Positions 45,912 to 54,673 of a DNA stretch of 57,893 nucleotides are shown here, in pieces (the stretch's first letter is position 1; every line of letters starts with the position of its first letter). The notes below the pieces were generated by a model that saw only the letters and a program-made list of their open reading frames with translations, was not told the DNA's origin and searched no databases. Source of the DNA: a virus (taxonomy: Duplodnaviria; Caudoviricetes); IMG/VR virus record IMGVR_UViG_3300025168_000100, positions 1 through 57,893 of that record; one strand, given 5' to 3'. The position numbers and the translations under genes were made by a program.

Positions 45912-46435
45912 TCGATATATATTTTACGTATGCGTCTCCCATCACTACATATATAGTATCCGTGCTCAACAATATTTACTTTTTGACCTAACAAATTATA
46001 AAATATAGTAGGTATAAAAGGTATATCAGGTATACTATGTATACTATTTTCTCCACAATTTACTGTTACCCATTGTTCAGTATATTCCTGTGGCCATGTA
46101 CCTAACGAATCTATCCAATCTACATCAGAAAGAAATCCATAAGAAGTGGTGTCTATAGTTAAGTATGCTCCATTCCAACCGTCACCATAGGTGTCGGTCA
46201 TGTGAATAATATAACTGTCAGCCATTTGTGCTGCTCCAAAATAAGGAGCTCCTCCTTCTAAAATTAAAGAGCTATCACATGTAAGAATTTCCCACCCTAT
46301 CTCATCAGGATAATCTCCTGCCGTACATTCTACAAATACAGGGGTAGGCTGCCCGAACAAATTAGATGACCCTAGTACCATCATGAGGGCCATAATAATT
46401 GAATACAGTAGTGGTGTTAAATCAATTTTTTTCAT
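45908..46435 (-). CDS. Secreted acidic protein with a T9SS-like C-terminal sorting domain
   Basis: Signal peptide; DTYGDGWNG motif; C-terminus FYNLLGQKV...GYYI...RKIYIE. Confidence 0.65.
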   Translation of the reverse strand: MKKIDLTPLLYSIIMALMMVLGSSNLFGQPTPVFVECTAGDYPDEIGWEILTCDSSLILEGGAPYFGAAQMADSYIIHMTDTYGDGWNGAYLTIDTTSYGFLSDVDWIDSLGTWPQEYTEQWVTVNCGENSIHSIPDIPFIPTIFYNLLGQKVNIVEHGYYICSDGRRIRKIYIE

Positions 46436-46806
46436 TACTGAAACTTCTTTAAAATAATTTCATCTATATTTTCCTGAACCTCTTCTCGTGTAGCGGCTAA
46501 CTGCATTAAGATATTAGGATTATACCGATTTACTTCTTCTCCATTATCAAAGATAATAACTGTAGGAATAGCAAAAATGTTATAAGAAGCTGCAGCTTTA
46601 CTATTTGAGACAATACATAAACGGTATTTTTTACAGTCTTTTAATTTCTCAAGAAACTTTACCTCATTGGCAGAATTCCATTCTGCCCAAAATTCTACCA
46701 CTGTAATTCCTTTAGACGTTTTATTATTTAAAGACTCACCGTCTACAAAGTCTTGACCCCATATAGATATAGGAAAGAATAAAAAAAAAAGAAGTTTAGT
46801 CTTCAT
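46435..46806 (-). CDS. Exported thioredoxin-fold protein lacking CxxC
   Basis: Signal peptide; VVEFWAEWNSAN replaces WCxxC; IPTVIIFDNGEEV cis-Pro loop. Confidence 0.75.
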   Translation of the reverse strand: MKTKLLFFLFFPISIWGQDFVDGESLNNKTSKGITVVEFWAEWNSANEVKFLEKLKDCKKYRLCIVSNSKAAASYNIFAIPTVIIFDNGEEVNRYNPNILMQLAATREEVQENIDEIILKKFQ

Positions 46807-47074
46807 AAAGTTTTTGTTTGATAAGCTTCAGGTCCTCCTTCATCTCCGTCACATCCTCCTGTGTGCTCATGATTGTCTGTCGAACAAGTTGGTCTTTCAT
46901 ATCAAACTCTATACGTGATACTTCGGCAGGTAAAGGCTCAGGTAAACCTTTTGCTTCTTCTATTTGGGCTTGCAAACTAAACCACATTCCGGCAAGAGTA
47001 AAGATAAGAATTCCTATACCTCCTAAAGTTTTAATGCTTACTTTAAATGCTGTCTCTTCACTAAGTTCTTTCAT
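46796..47074 (-). CDS. Single-TM protein with a C-terminal coiled coil
   Basis: Hydrophobic segment around residues 14-33, then heptads. Confidence 0.75.
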   Translation of the reverse strand: MKELSEETAFKVSIKTLGGIGILIFTLAGMWFSLQAQIEEAKGLPEPLPAEVSRIEFDMKDQLVRQTIMSTQEDVTEMKEDLKLIKQKLYED

Positions 47075-47077
47075 GTC

Positions 47078-48118
47078 TTAAAAAAATAGATAGTTAAACC
47101 CTGCTCTACCTGCATATGAATCAATGCCCCAATACTGAAGGTATCGAGCCTCGACAAAGATACTAAAATGTTTATTGAGCTTTGCGCCTATGATGCAACC
47201 CGTATCCCACTCTAGCTGTGCACTTAACTCTCCTATGTAAATGCCTGAATATGTGAAAGAAAAGTCTGACAAACCTTTGTGTAAAAAGTATGTAGAACAC
47301 CATGTATGTATCCACGCTTGCTCAGTATACCAATAGTAGTCTATACCCATCACTGCAGAAAGCTCTTGCTGCAACCCTAATTGCTGAAGCTGCTCTCTGT
47401 TATATTGGTTTACAGCTTTACCGAAATGATAGGTATAAAATTCTACATCAGATTGCGCGACTACATTTCCATTCTGTATCCATACCTCACTGTCATCGCT
47501 ATAGTACCCAAACTCATTTGCCAACTGCCACCAATGTTTATTGTTAGGGTCAGCGAACCATGCGTCTATAGGAGAGTATCCATATACCGGATGCGCTCTA
47601 TGAGACACTCCGAGTGTAAAGTCTATATTCCCTAAGCGCTTTCTCCATCGGACTTCAGCTTGGGTATACTTAAGATTGATAAGCCCATTGTTTACATAAG
47701 TAGCGCGTACTGCTGTATGGTCGCTAATGTATCGAACCCTGTATTCTTGCTGAGTAAACACATCCCCCCTATTTCTTACGGCAGAATATTCAAGGAGGTA
47801 CTCAAGTCCGGGTGCATTAGATATAGTAGCGTTATCGCTTATCTCATTTTCTTCTCCGGTATAGAAGTTGCCCTGCTTGACCTGATAGTCGAAGCGTGCA
47901 AGTTTACGCAACCCCACCGTAAAAACGTAGTTTGCTTTACTTACTTCAGTTATCTCTTCGAGATATCCTGAACCTGCTACTCCGTTTACTCTATACTGTT
48001 GATTCTCAACAAGAGGTGCGTTAGTACTGAAGCTCCCATAGAGCGTAGAAAAGCGTAACAACTGTGCTTGACATACAGAAGCTACGCTTAATAAAAGAGT
48101 TAAGAGGACTAACCTCAT
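47078..48118 (-). CDS. Putative outer-membrane beta-barrel protein
   Basis: Sec signal peptide, amphipathic beta strands, C-terminal beta-signal-like GRAGFNYLFF. Confidence 0.65.
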   Translation of the reverse strand: MRLVLLTLLLSVASVCQAQLLRFSTLYGSFSTNAPLVENQQYRVNGVAGSGYLEEITEVSKANYVFTVGLRKLARFDYQVKQGNFYTGEENEISDNATISNAPGLEYLLEYSAVRNRGDVFTQQEYRVRYISDHTAVRATYVNNGLINLKYTQAEVRWRKRLGNIDFTLGVSHRAHPVYGYSPIDAWFADPNNKHWWQLANEFGYYSDDSEVWIQNGNVVAQSDVEFYTYHFGKAVNQYNREQLQQLGLQQELSAVMGIDYYWYTEQAWIHTWCSTYFLHKGLSDFSFTYSGIYIGELSAQLEWDTGCIIGAKLNKHFSIFVEARYLQYWGIDSYAGRAGFNYLFF

Positions 48119-48197
48119 ATATAAATATTTACTTTGTTTTATAAATGTATGTAAATATTAGATTCGGTATTGTAGTATTTGTGTGCCACATAAGTTG

Positions 48198-49679
48198 TTA
48201 GTGTACACCAAGTCGTGCGTTATATACAGTAGTTACTTGAGTAGGAGTAAGAGCTTTATTGTACCAACCGAGCCAATTCATATTTCTTCCTGAACCTCCG
48301 CTCATTACACTTCCTGAATTTCCAAACAATAAATTGTCTGTATTGTCTTTGATGCCTGCTCCTAAAGCAGATGAATCACTGCCTGTTTCAGTACCGTTAA
48401 GATAAAGTTTAGTCTCATCTGTTCCGTTATAAGTAAAACATATATGATTCCATCCTACCGATGCCGTTCCTGCTGTAGTATCTTTCATTTGATTTGCATT
48501 TGTAGCTACTAAAGTAAAACCCAATTCATCGGCTGCAGTCATTGATATTAGCAGCCCGCCCTTATCCATTAAAACTCCAATTCCCGCCGGGGAAGGAGAA
48601 GCCCCTATATATACCCAAAAGCTTACTGAAAAGCCCTGCGCCCCATCCATCGTAAGAACAGTGTCGTCAGGAATCTCTACTACCCCTACACCCGTGGATA
48701 TTAAAACAAAGTTCATTCCTTCATCTGCAGAAACGGAAGTTTTCTTTTTACGACCAATAGCTGCACCTGAAATATCTTGAGTAGGGTTATTAGGGTCGGG
48801 GAAATTCCATGAAAGTCCACGACCTAAGCCCACTATGGTATAACCGTTTCTCCAATTGGCTAACTGAATGCAACGAGAATTGTATGGGGCACTCACGCTT
48901 TGCGTGCTGAGGAAGCCCGTAAACGCACTGCCGTTATTGGAATTTCCGGAATAATCTATTATAGTGCTATTAGCACTAGCCCCGGGATAAATAATTTCTG
49001 CATCGGCATATGTTATAGCACTAGTTCCGTTATCAAACACAAATAGTCCGTCGGCACTATTTTTTTCATTATAATCAAATGTTACATCAGAAGCTGTCCA
49101 TGCCTCGCTATACACCTCCATCTTTCCACCCATAGCATTAGCAGCATTAGTGACTCCACCATCTTGTAATATATCTTCAAGATACAAAGCACCATCCCCT
49201 GAAGCTCCTGTAGTTACAGCCACTCCATTTATATACATAATATAATTAGAACCATCATACACACATACTACCCTATCCCACCTATCCAAAGCCCATGTTC
49301 CATACGGATGGGTGATTTTATTGGAGCCCGTCTGAAATTCCCAATCCCCACTCCCGCTTCCGTCTATCTGTAATCCATATTTATTACCTCCATTATTGCC
49401 CACCCAAATAGGTTGCGTACTTGTAGGGGCAGAGAGAATACTTACAGATATAGCAAAAGTATAGTTGCTCGAAAAATTTATAGCAGAGAGTATACCTATT
49501 CCGCTGTTGGCAGTTAAGGAATAGTGACACCCGCCCGTCAATAAATTTGCGGCTACAGGACCTTTGCTCTGTACGCCGTCATCTTTCATCGGCCACTCCG
49601 CCATTAAAGCGGCCTCAAGAGGGTCTACTGTTCCGGGACGTGTAGCGTTATCTATAAGATTAGATATGGATATATTCAT
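48198..49679 (-). CDS. LamG / concanavalin-like double-domain fibre protein
   Basis: WDRVVCVYDG...YINGV and FSVSFWV...WNHICFTYNG...LYLNG...YNKALTPTQV. Confidence 0.8.
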   Translation of the reverse strand: MNISISNLIDNATRPGTVDPLEAALMAEWPMKDDGVQSKGPVAANLLTGGCHYSLTANSGIGILSAINFSSNYTFAISVSILSAPTSTQPIWVGNNGGNKYGLQIDGSGSGDWEFQTGSNKITHPYGTWALDRWDRVVCVYDGSNYIMYINGVAVTTGASGDGALYLEDILQDGGVTNAANAMGGKMEVYSEAWTASDVTFDYNEKNSADGLFVFDNGTSAITYADAEIIYPGASANSTIIDYSGNSNNGSAFTGFLSTQSVSAPYNSRCIQLANWRNGYTIVGLGRGLSWNFPDPNNPTQDISGAAIGRKKKTSVSADEGMNFVLISTGVGVVEIPDDTVLTMDGAQGFSVSFWVYIGASPSPAGIGVLMDKGGLLISMTAADELGFTLVATNANQMKDTTAGTASVGWNHICFTYNGTDETKLYLNGTETGSDSSALGAGIKDNTDNLLFGNSGSVMSGGSGRNMNWLGWYNKALTPTQVTTVYNARLGVH

Positions 49680-49689
49680 AGCGCTTAGT

Positions 49690-50178
49690 TTACCAAAGAG
49701 CTACTACATTAGTTGCTGTTGTACCTGTAGCATATATACGTACACATTGTACAGGAACAAACTGTCCGGCTGCTAAACCTGTGAAGGTTACATCATCACC
49801 TCCCATCGTTCTTACCTTTACATTACCACCTACACCTACGTAGAGTACAGCAGGCTCTTTACTCTGAGTCCAAATTTCTATGGTGTTTGTACTAGCAAAC
49901 AGTCCTGTAGTCTGCACCGTAATCTGCGTCTCGCTATCGACACTAACTACTCTACTCGCTTGTGGAGATGAGGTTGCATTAACCACTAAGTCACCGGCTG
50001 TAACCCCGTCAGTAATAAATGTAGCAGTAGCTGCAATAAGAGTAACACCTGTAGTTCCTGCCGTAAGAGCACTACTTGTTAAAGTAATAACACTTTTAAG
50101 GTTTAGCGTGTCCTCAGTGTCACTAAATATTACATCGGCTGCTACTGCATTACCGGCTTGGAGTTTTTGATATCCCAT
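49690..50178 (-). CDS. Head-spike base protein (RcGTA Rcc01079-like) with an inserted beta domain
   Basis: C-terminus LYVGVGGNVKVRTMGGDDVTFTGLAAGQFVPVQCVRIYATGTTATNVVALW. Confidence 0.7.
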   Translation of the reverse strand: MGYQKLQAGNAVAADVIFSDTEDTLNLKSVITLTSSALTAGTTGVTLIAATATFITDGVTAGDLVVNATSSPQASRVVSVDSETQITVQTTGLFASTNTIEIWTQSKEPAVLYVGVGGNVKVRTMGGDDVTFTGLAAGQFVPVQCVRIYATGTTATNVVALW

Positions 50179-50180
50179 GG

Positions 50181-50348
50181 TTAATCGTTGTTATATGGGA
50201 ATACCCTGTTCAGAGTATCCCTTCTTTCTGAGCATCCACAATCTTTGCCTGTTTTATTAGAGACTGCATCTACTACTTTTTTAATACCTGTGGCTTTAGT
50301 AAACCTTTCAATTGAATCCCCTAAGCCTTTTGATTTATTTGAATTCAT
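50181..50348 (-). CDS. 55-aa basic protein (KSKGLGDSIERFTKATGIKK...DCGC)
   Basis: Hand translation; -7 box TAACTTTG 4 nt upstream. Confidence 0.7.
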   Translation of the reverse strand: MNSNKSKGLGDSIERFTKATGIKKVVDAVSNKTGKDCGCSERRDTLNRVFPYNND

Positions 50349-50363
50349 AACACAAAGTTACAA

Positions 50364-50510
50364 CTATTTTTTTGGATTACACTTACATAGCTTATGAGGA
50401 CAGTCATTTACTTTTACCGTCATTTTAACCAATAGAGCGTTCCACAAACATATAACCTTACACCACATACTAGAAATCCACGTTCCTAGCTTTATTAAAG
50501 CTTGACCCAT
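50364..50510 (-). CDS. 48-aa Cys-rich peptide
   Basis: MGQALIKLGTW...CPHKLCKCNPKK fills the gap. Confidence 0.55.
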   Translation of the reverse strand: MGQALIKLGTWISSMWCKVICLWNALLVKMTVKVNDCPHKLCKCNPKK

Positions 50511-50511
50511 A

Positions 50512-50712
50512 TTATTTTGTTTTACATCCAAAGTTCTTTGCGTAGTTAGCCATCTTTACTACTGATTCAGAATACTTATCAGTCTTCTTCATCACAGCAT
50601 TGGCTGCACTACACGCATCTTTGAATCCATTGTTCTTAGCCCAAGCAGTAAACTTACCTTCGTTAGACTTTTTAATTTCAGGGAACTTTCCCTTTTTAGT
50701 ACGTCCCGCCAT
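50512..50712 (-). CDS. Small Lys-rich protein
   Basis: MAGRTKKGK...ANYAKNF. Confidence 0.7.
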   Translation of the reverse strand: MAGRTKKGKFPEIKKSNEGKFTAWAKNNGFKDACSAANAVMKKTDKYSESVVKMANYAKNFGCKTK

Positions 50713-50915
50713 TACTTAGAGATAACACTATCGAGGTGCTTCTTTACGTTATGGATATGGTCAGACTTCATTCCTTGGTCTCCACCATAAGCATGGCCGC
50801 TAGTAGCTTTAGACATACCCTTTGACTCATCTCTACGAGATTTTAAAGATTGAGATTTCTTTCCGTTTCTCGCTCCTAAAGACTCATCTAGTCTTGCGTT
50901 GTAACCTTGTTTCAT
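50712..50915 (-). CDS. Small basic protein
   Basis: MKQGYNARLDESLG...KSRRDESKGM. Confidence 0.7.
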   Translation of the reverse strand: MKQGYNARLDESLGARNGKKSQSLKSRRDESKGMSKATSGHAYGGDQGMKSDHIHNVKKHLDSVISK

Positions 50916-50928
50916 AATATATAATTTT

Positions 50929-51099
50929 TTAATAACTTGAACTCATATTCTTTTCCATGCCATACCCCGGATTGTTCTTAACAGAACCTCCCATAGTATT
51001 TGCAAACTCTACAGCTTGAGCTTTTCCTACTGCGTTGTAAGGAAAAGTTTTTGTTTTAGTTGTACCGCTGTCCGCACACTTGTATTTTACTGTTGGCAT
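50929..51099 (-). CDS. 56-aa protein (MPTVKYK...KTFPYNAVGKAQA)
   Basis: Hand translation; fills the gap. Confidence 0.65.
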   Translation of the reverse strand: MPTVKYKCADSGTTKTKTFPYNAVGKAQAVEFANTMGGSVKNNPGYGMEKNMSSSY

Positions 51100-51104
51100 C
51101 TTTT

Positions 51105-51314
51105 TTATTTTGTTACCCGTGGGGCTTTAGTAGTTGTGGATAAAGTTTTTAATCCTACATTAACAGCTTTAGGTCCTTCTTCTTTTTTTCCTGAACTAGT
51201 AGACCCTCCTTCCTTTTTCTTATTAAGCTCAAGAAGTCTATCAATATCCTTATTACGGAAGTTGATATTGTTTCTCCAATCTCTTGAATCTTGCTCTTCA
51301 GTTTTTTCAGCCAT
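51105..51314 (-). CDS. Small Lys-rich protein
   Basis: 69 aa; -7 box TAAATTTG at 51342-51335. Confidence 0.6.
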   Translation of the reverse strand: MAEKTEEQDSRDWRNNINFRNKDIDRLLELNKKKEGGSTSSGKKEEGPKAVNVGLKTLSTTTKAPRVTK

Positions 51315-51356
51315 AGTATTGTAACTTTACAGTACAAATTTACTCAATTTAATTTA

Positions 51357-51812
51357 ATGCTAAATCCGCGCAACAAACCTGATAAAGATTACCTTAAATA
51401 TTGGAGGGTAGTACGTTACTTTATCAAAGCTAAGTACGGCCTCAGTCAAGCTGACCTTGACATCCTCCTCTTCCTTTACTCTGAAAAGTATTTCTCTAAA
51501 GATAAGTTCGATGATTTCGATGAGCTTATCTCATGGGATGAGAACAGGTTTGACAACCTATTAAAGAATGAGTGGCTTGATGTATTTAGAAAGAAGGAGG
51601 GCAATAGACGTACTGTATATGAGCTGTCATATAAAGCCAAGCGTGTAGTTAACCTTATCTATAAAAAGCTAAACGGAGAGGAACTCCCTGAGCACCCCTC
51701 CGTAAATCCGTTGTTTAAGTACGACGTCTCATATATGGACAAGGTGTACCGAAACTATATCAAGGAGATGAATAGTTTTATTCGACAACAACGACATCGT
51801 GCTCCCGAATGA
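51357..51812 (+). CDS. MarR-like winged-helix protein (only clear + strand gene in the late arm)
   Basis: YGLSQADLDILLFLY...LLKNEWL...RRTVYELSYKAK pattern. Confidence 0.7.
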   Translation: MLNPRNKPDKDYLKYWRVVRYFIKAKYGLSQADLDILLFLYSEKYFSKDKFDDFDELISWDENRFDNLLKNEWLDVFRKKEGNRRTVYELSYKAKRVVNLIYKKLNGEELPEHPSVNPLFKYDVSYMDKVYRNYIKEMNSFIRQQRHRAPE

Positions 51813-52035
51813 TAGTATACTGCGTATCCTTTATCATCATAGTATGTCCTGCGTTTTTGTCGTAGTATATAATATCATCAGGATGTATAACCTCTACATC
51901 TGTGCCTGATGAAACAACTTTACCTTTCTTGTAACGAAAGCTATTGGCGTCTTCACTAGATAAAAGTATACCCGAAGAAGTCTCCATCTCTTCCTCTATA
52001 GTGTTTATAATAATATATTTCCCTATAGGTCTCAT
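51778..52035 (-). CDS. groES: Co-chaperonin GroES
   Basis: MRPIGKYIII...TSSGILL...GKVVSSG...IIREHDVV. Confidence 0.92.
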   Translation of the reverse strand: MRPIGKYIIINTIEEEMETSSGILLSSEDANSFRYKKGKVVSSGTDVEVIHPDDIIYYDKNAGHTMMIKDTQYTIIREHDVVVVE

Positions 52036-53639
52036 GACGTAAGGGTATTTGCGGTAGCGTCTTCTACTGAACGAGCCATAGTGATGATAGCATTGGTAGA
52101 AAGTATAGTAGAAGCTACACTCACTGCATTCTCAAGAGCGCTACGTGTAACTTTGAGCGGGTCTATAACCCCCATCTTATACATATCACCGAACTCATTG
52201 GTCTTTATATTGTACCCTTCGTCATAACCTTTTGATGCATCAAGGCCAAACTCAGCTATCCCTGCGTTGTCAAGAATCTGTTGAAGAGGAGCGCGAAGCG
52301 CGACGCGCAGAATTTTTTGCGCTATCGTTCCGTCCTCTTTAATTTTCTCTGACTCGTTATATAAAGCTATGCCTCCACCGGGGAGTATACCTTCTTCAAG
52401 GGCTGAACGTACAGCACACACCGCATCGTCAATCCTATCGTAAAGCTCTTTCTGCTCAAGGTCTGTATTGCCCCCTGCGTATATCACACCTATGCCGCCT
52501 GTCAGCGAAGCTATGCGTGACAGTATAAACTCACGGTCACCCTTCTTCTCTGTAATCTTAATAGCGTCATGGAGTTGTTTTACTCTCTCGTCAATAGCTT
52601 CTTGGTTCTCACTTATGTCATCCTTCAGGATAACAGAAGAGTCTTTACCTACGATAACTTTCTCAGCATGGCCTAGGTCAGAAGGCGTCATATGTGTAAG
52701 GTCATCGCCTGTCTTCTGTGAGAAATATGTCGCCCCTACACTAAGAGCTATATCGTTCATCAGCTCATGCTGACGGTATCCGAAGCTTGGAGGAGAGATG
52801 ATACATATCTTCACATCGCGCTTCATCACGTTAGCCGCTATGGTGTTCACTACGTTCTGTGAGCAGGGAGCTATAATAAGTAACTTCTTATTGTCAGCGA
52901 TGATAGGCTTAAGGACATTCTCTAGCTGTAGGATATTTGATATCTCAGCGTCAGACACAAGGATATAGGTATCCTCGAAGATACACTCGTCGCGCTTATG
53001 GTCATTAATAAAGAGTGGAGACATATACCCTCTATCAGCCTTTAAGCCATGAGTAGTCTCATAGTATGTCTCACTGTTCATAGAGCGGTCTACCGTTACT
53101 ATGCCTGTAGTACCTACCTCTTTATATATCTTAGATATGATGTCACCGATTTTCGTATCGTTGTTAGCGGAGATGGTAGCTACATCTTTTAATCTCCCCT
53201 TCGTTACTGCACGAGAGTGCTTCTTTAAAGAAGCCACAACCTTGTCAGTCTCTGACATAAGGTCACGCAGTATGTCAGTTTTTTGAGCGTTGTCCTCTAT
53301 CATGTGCATACCCGCACGTACAAGTGCACGTGTTAAGACAATAGATGTAGTAGTCCCATCACCTGCTGAGGTAGCTGTACGCTCGGCGGCCTCCTTCATC
53401 ATACGAACCGCAAGGTTCTCTGTAGGGTCTATAAGGTCAACAGCTTTAGCTACTGTCACACCGTCCTTAGTTACTGTGATACCGTGAGTGTGGTGGGGCG
53501 ATTCAATTAAGACTGTCTGACCTGCCGGGCCTAGTGTGCTGCTTACAGCATTAGCTATAGTCTCAATTCCGTTTACGAGTTTAGCTCGAGCTGCCTCGTT
53601 GAACTCCAATCTCTTTGGAGTGATTCCTGATTCCTGCAT
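52032..53639 (-). CDS. groEL: Chaperonin GroEL
   Basis: TLGPAG, VTKDGVTVAK, AGDGTTT, EEGILPGGG, GVIDPLKVTRSAL; no GGM tail. Confidence 0.97.
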   Translation of the reverse strand: MQESGITPKRLEFNEAARAKLVNGIETIANAVSSTLGPAGQTVLIESPHHTHGITVTKDGVTVAKAVDLIDPTENLAVRMMKEAAERTATSAGDGTTTSIVLTRALVRAGMHMIEDNAQKTDILRDLMSETDKVVASLKKHSRAVTKGRLKDVATISANNDTKIGDIISKIYKEVGTTGIVTVDRSMNSETYYETTHGLKADRGYMSPLFINDHKRDECIFEDTYILVSDAEISNILQLENVLKPIIADNKKLLIIAPCSQNVVNTIAANVMKRDVKICIISPPSFGYRQHELMNDIALSVGATYFSQKTGDDLTHMTPSDLGHAEKVIVGKDSSVILKDDISENQEAIDERVKQLHDAIKITEKKGDREFILSRIASLTGGIGVIYAGGNTDLEQKELYDRIDDAVCAVRSALEEGILPGGGIALYNESEKIKEDGTIAQKILRVALRAPLQQILDNAGIAEFGLDASKGYDEGYNIKTNEFGDMYKMGVIDPLKVTRSALENAVSVASTILSTNAIITMARSVEDATANTLTS

Positions 53640-53659
53640 TTGAGTAGATTGATTTGTTA

Positions 53660-53667
53660 CAAAGATA
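53660..53667 (-). promoter_or_regulatory. -7 box TATCTTTG upstream of groEL
   Basis: CAAAGATA on the + strand. Confidence 0.6.
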
Positions 53668-53684
53668 TAACAAATATCCTACCA

Positions 53685-53975
53685 CTAGTATTTACCCTGA
53701 CGACTTGACGGAGAGCTCTTCGTAGAACCTCCCTTGCCTGCCCATAGTTTTTTACACGACCAATACCTAGCCGTTAACTTACTCTTAGCTGTGCCACACT
53801 TATGCCTAGCCTTGAAAGACTTCCTCGCTGCAGCAGAGTAGTTATGCCCGTACCCCTTAGCTCCAAAGTGTATAAGCTTCTCCTTACCTCCTTCACATGC
53901 TTTCACCATCTTCTTCTTCCCCGCCCTATCGGAAGGAACAACACGGTTGCATTTCATCTTTGATTTGGTAGCCAT
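53685..53975 (-). CDS. Highly basic small protein (LIHFG...RKSFKARHKC...ARYWSC)
   Basis: 96 aa, Lys/Arg-rich with a His/Cys pattern. Confidence 0.8.
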   Translation of the reverse strand: MATKSKMKCNRVVPSDRAGKKKMVKACEGGKEKLIHFGAKGYGHNYSAAARKSFKARHKCGTAKSKLTARYWSCKKLWAGKGGSTKSSPSSRQGKY

Positions 53976-53985
53976 CCACTATAAA

Positions 53986-54267
53986 TTATTGCCTATTTTT
54001 TTTAGCTCGCTTCCTCATTGCAGAAGTTTTCACAGTACCTCCGTAAGTAGTGCCTCCTGCGTCAGGCCCTAACCCCCGAATAATAGGGTATATACCTGTC
54101 TCACCTTTATCTCTTCTCTCCATTCTATCCTGCTGCTTCACGGTTTTTCGCATCTTCCTCATACCTTTCTTTTCCTTACCCTCCTTCAGAGCCTCTTGAG
54201 CTTTAGCGTAAGTTTTTTTTTGGCGCTTTTCTAAACGAGTTTCACCATCTTTCTTTTTTTTTGCCAT
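53986..54267 (-). CDS. Highly basic small protein (start moved to MAKKKKD)
   Basis: -7 box TATATTTG 4 nt upstream of ATG 54267. Confidence 0.7.
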   Translation of the reverse strand: MAKKKKDGETRLEKRQKKTYAKAQEALKEGKEKKGMRKMRKTVKQQDRMERRDKGETGIYPIIRGLGPDAGGTTYGGTVKTSAMRKRAKKNRQ

Positions 54268-54286
54268 GACCCAAATATACGACACA

Positions 54287-54544
54287 TTATCTTTTGGTAT
54301 ATTTCTTAGTTACCTTTCCTGCCTTGGTATTTGCCACTACAGTCTTGCCTTTCCTTCCCGCTCTCTTCTTCTTACGCGCTGTCTTTGCTCGTTCAGCTTT
54401 CGTCATGGACTTAGCCTTAGCTAAAGGAAGACAACGGTCAGGATTCTTTTTATCCTTGCTCGTACCGCAAGCACCTTTGATAGAACCGTCAAGCCCTATG
54501 CGTACCCACTTCTCGTCTCTCCACTTCTTTAGCTCACCTGCCAT
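54287..54544 (-). CDS. Highly basic small protein (LKKWRDEKWV...RCLP)
   Basis: 85 aa, Lys/Arg-rich. Confidence 0.8.
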   Translation of the reverse strand: MAGELKKWRDEKWVRIGLDGSIKGACGTSKDKKNPDRCLPLAKAKSMTKAERAKTARKKKRAGRKGKTVVANTKAGKVTKKYTKR

Positions 54545-54547
54545 AAG

Positions 54548-54667
54548 TTACTTCTTGTTATTTAAAGACTTAAGCATCTTGTCAATTTTAGCTGCTTGAC
54601 CTTTATGCATAGCTGAAGCTTTTTTTAGTTCTGCCGAAATTGTTTTTAATTTTTTCTTATCTATCAT
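54548..54667 (-). CDS. 39-aa Lys-rich peptide
   Basis: MIDKKKLKTISAELKKASAMHKGQAAKIDKMLKSLNNKK. Confidence 0.65.
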   Translation of the reverse strand: MIDKKKLKTISAELKKASAMHKGQAAKIDKMLKSLNNKK

Positions 54668-54673
54668 AATTTT

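Noticed and set aside
51135-51143. Perfect DnaA box (TTATCCACA on the - strand)
   Set aside because: Single copy inside a coding region; roughly one is expected by chance in 57 kb.
16630-53487. Numerous + strand ORFs inside the late arm (e.g. 18373-19071, 44538-45236, 41930-42289) and - strand ORFs inside the early arm
   Set aside because: They are antisense shadows of long genes with recognisable motifs, with Ser/Pro/Leu-rich mirror composition and mostly non-ATG starts. 51357-51812 is the exception.
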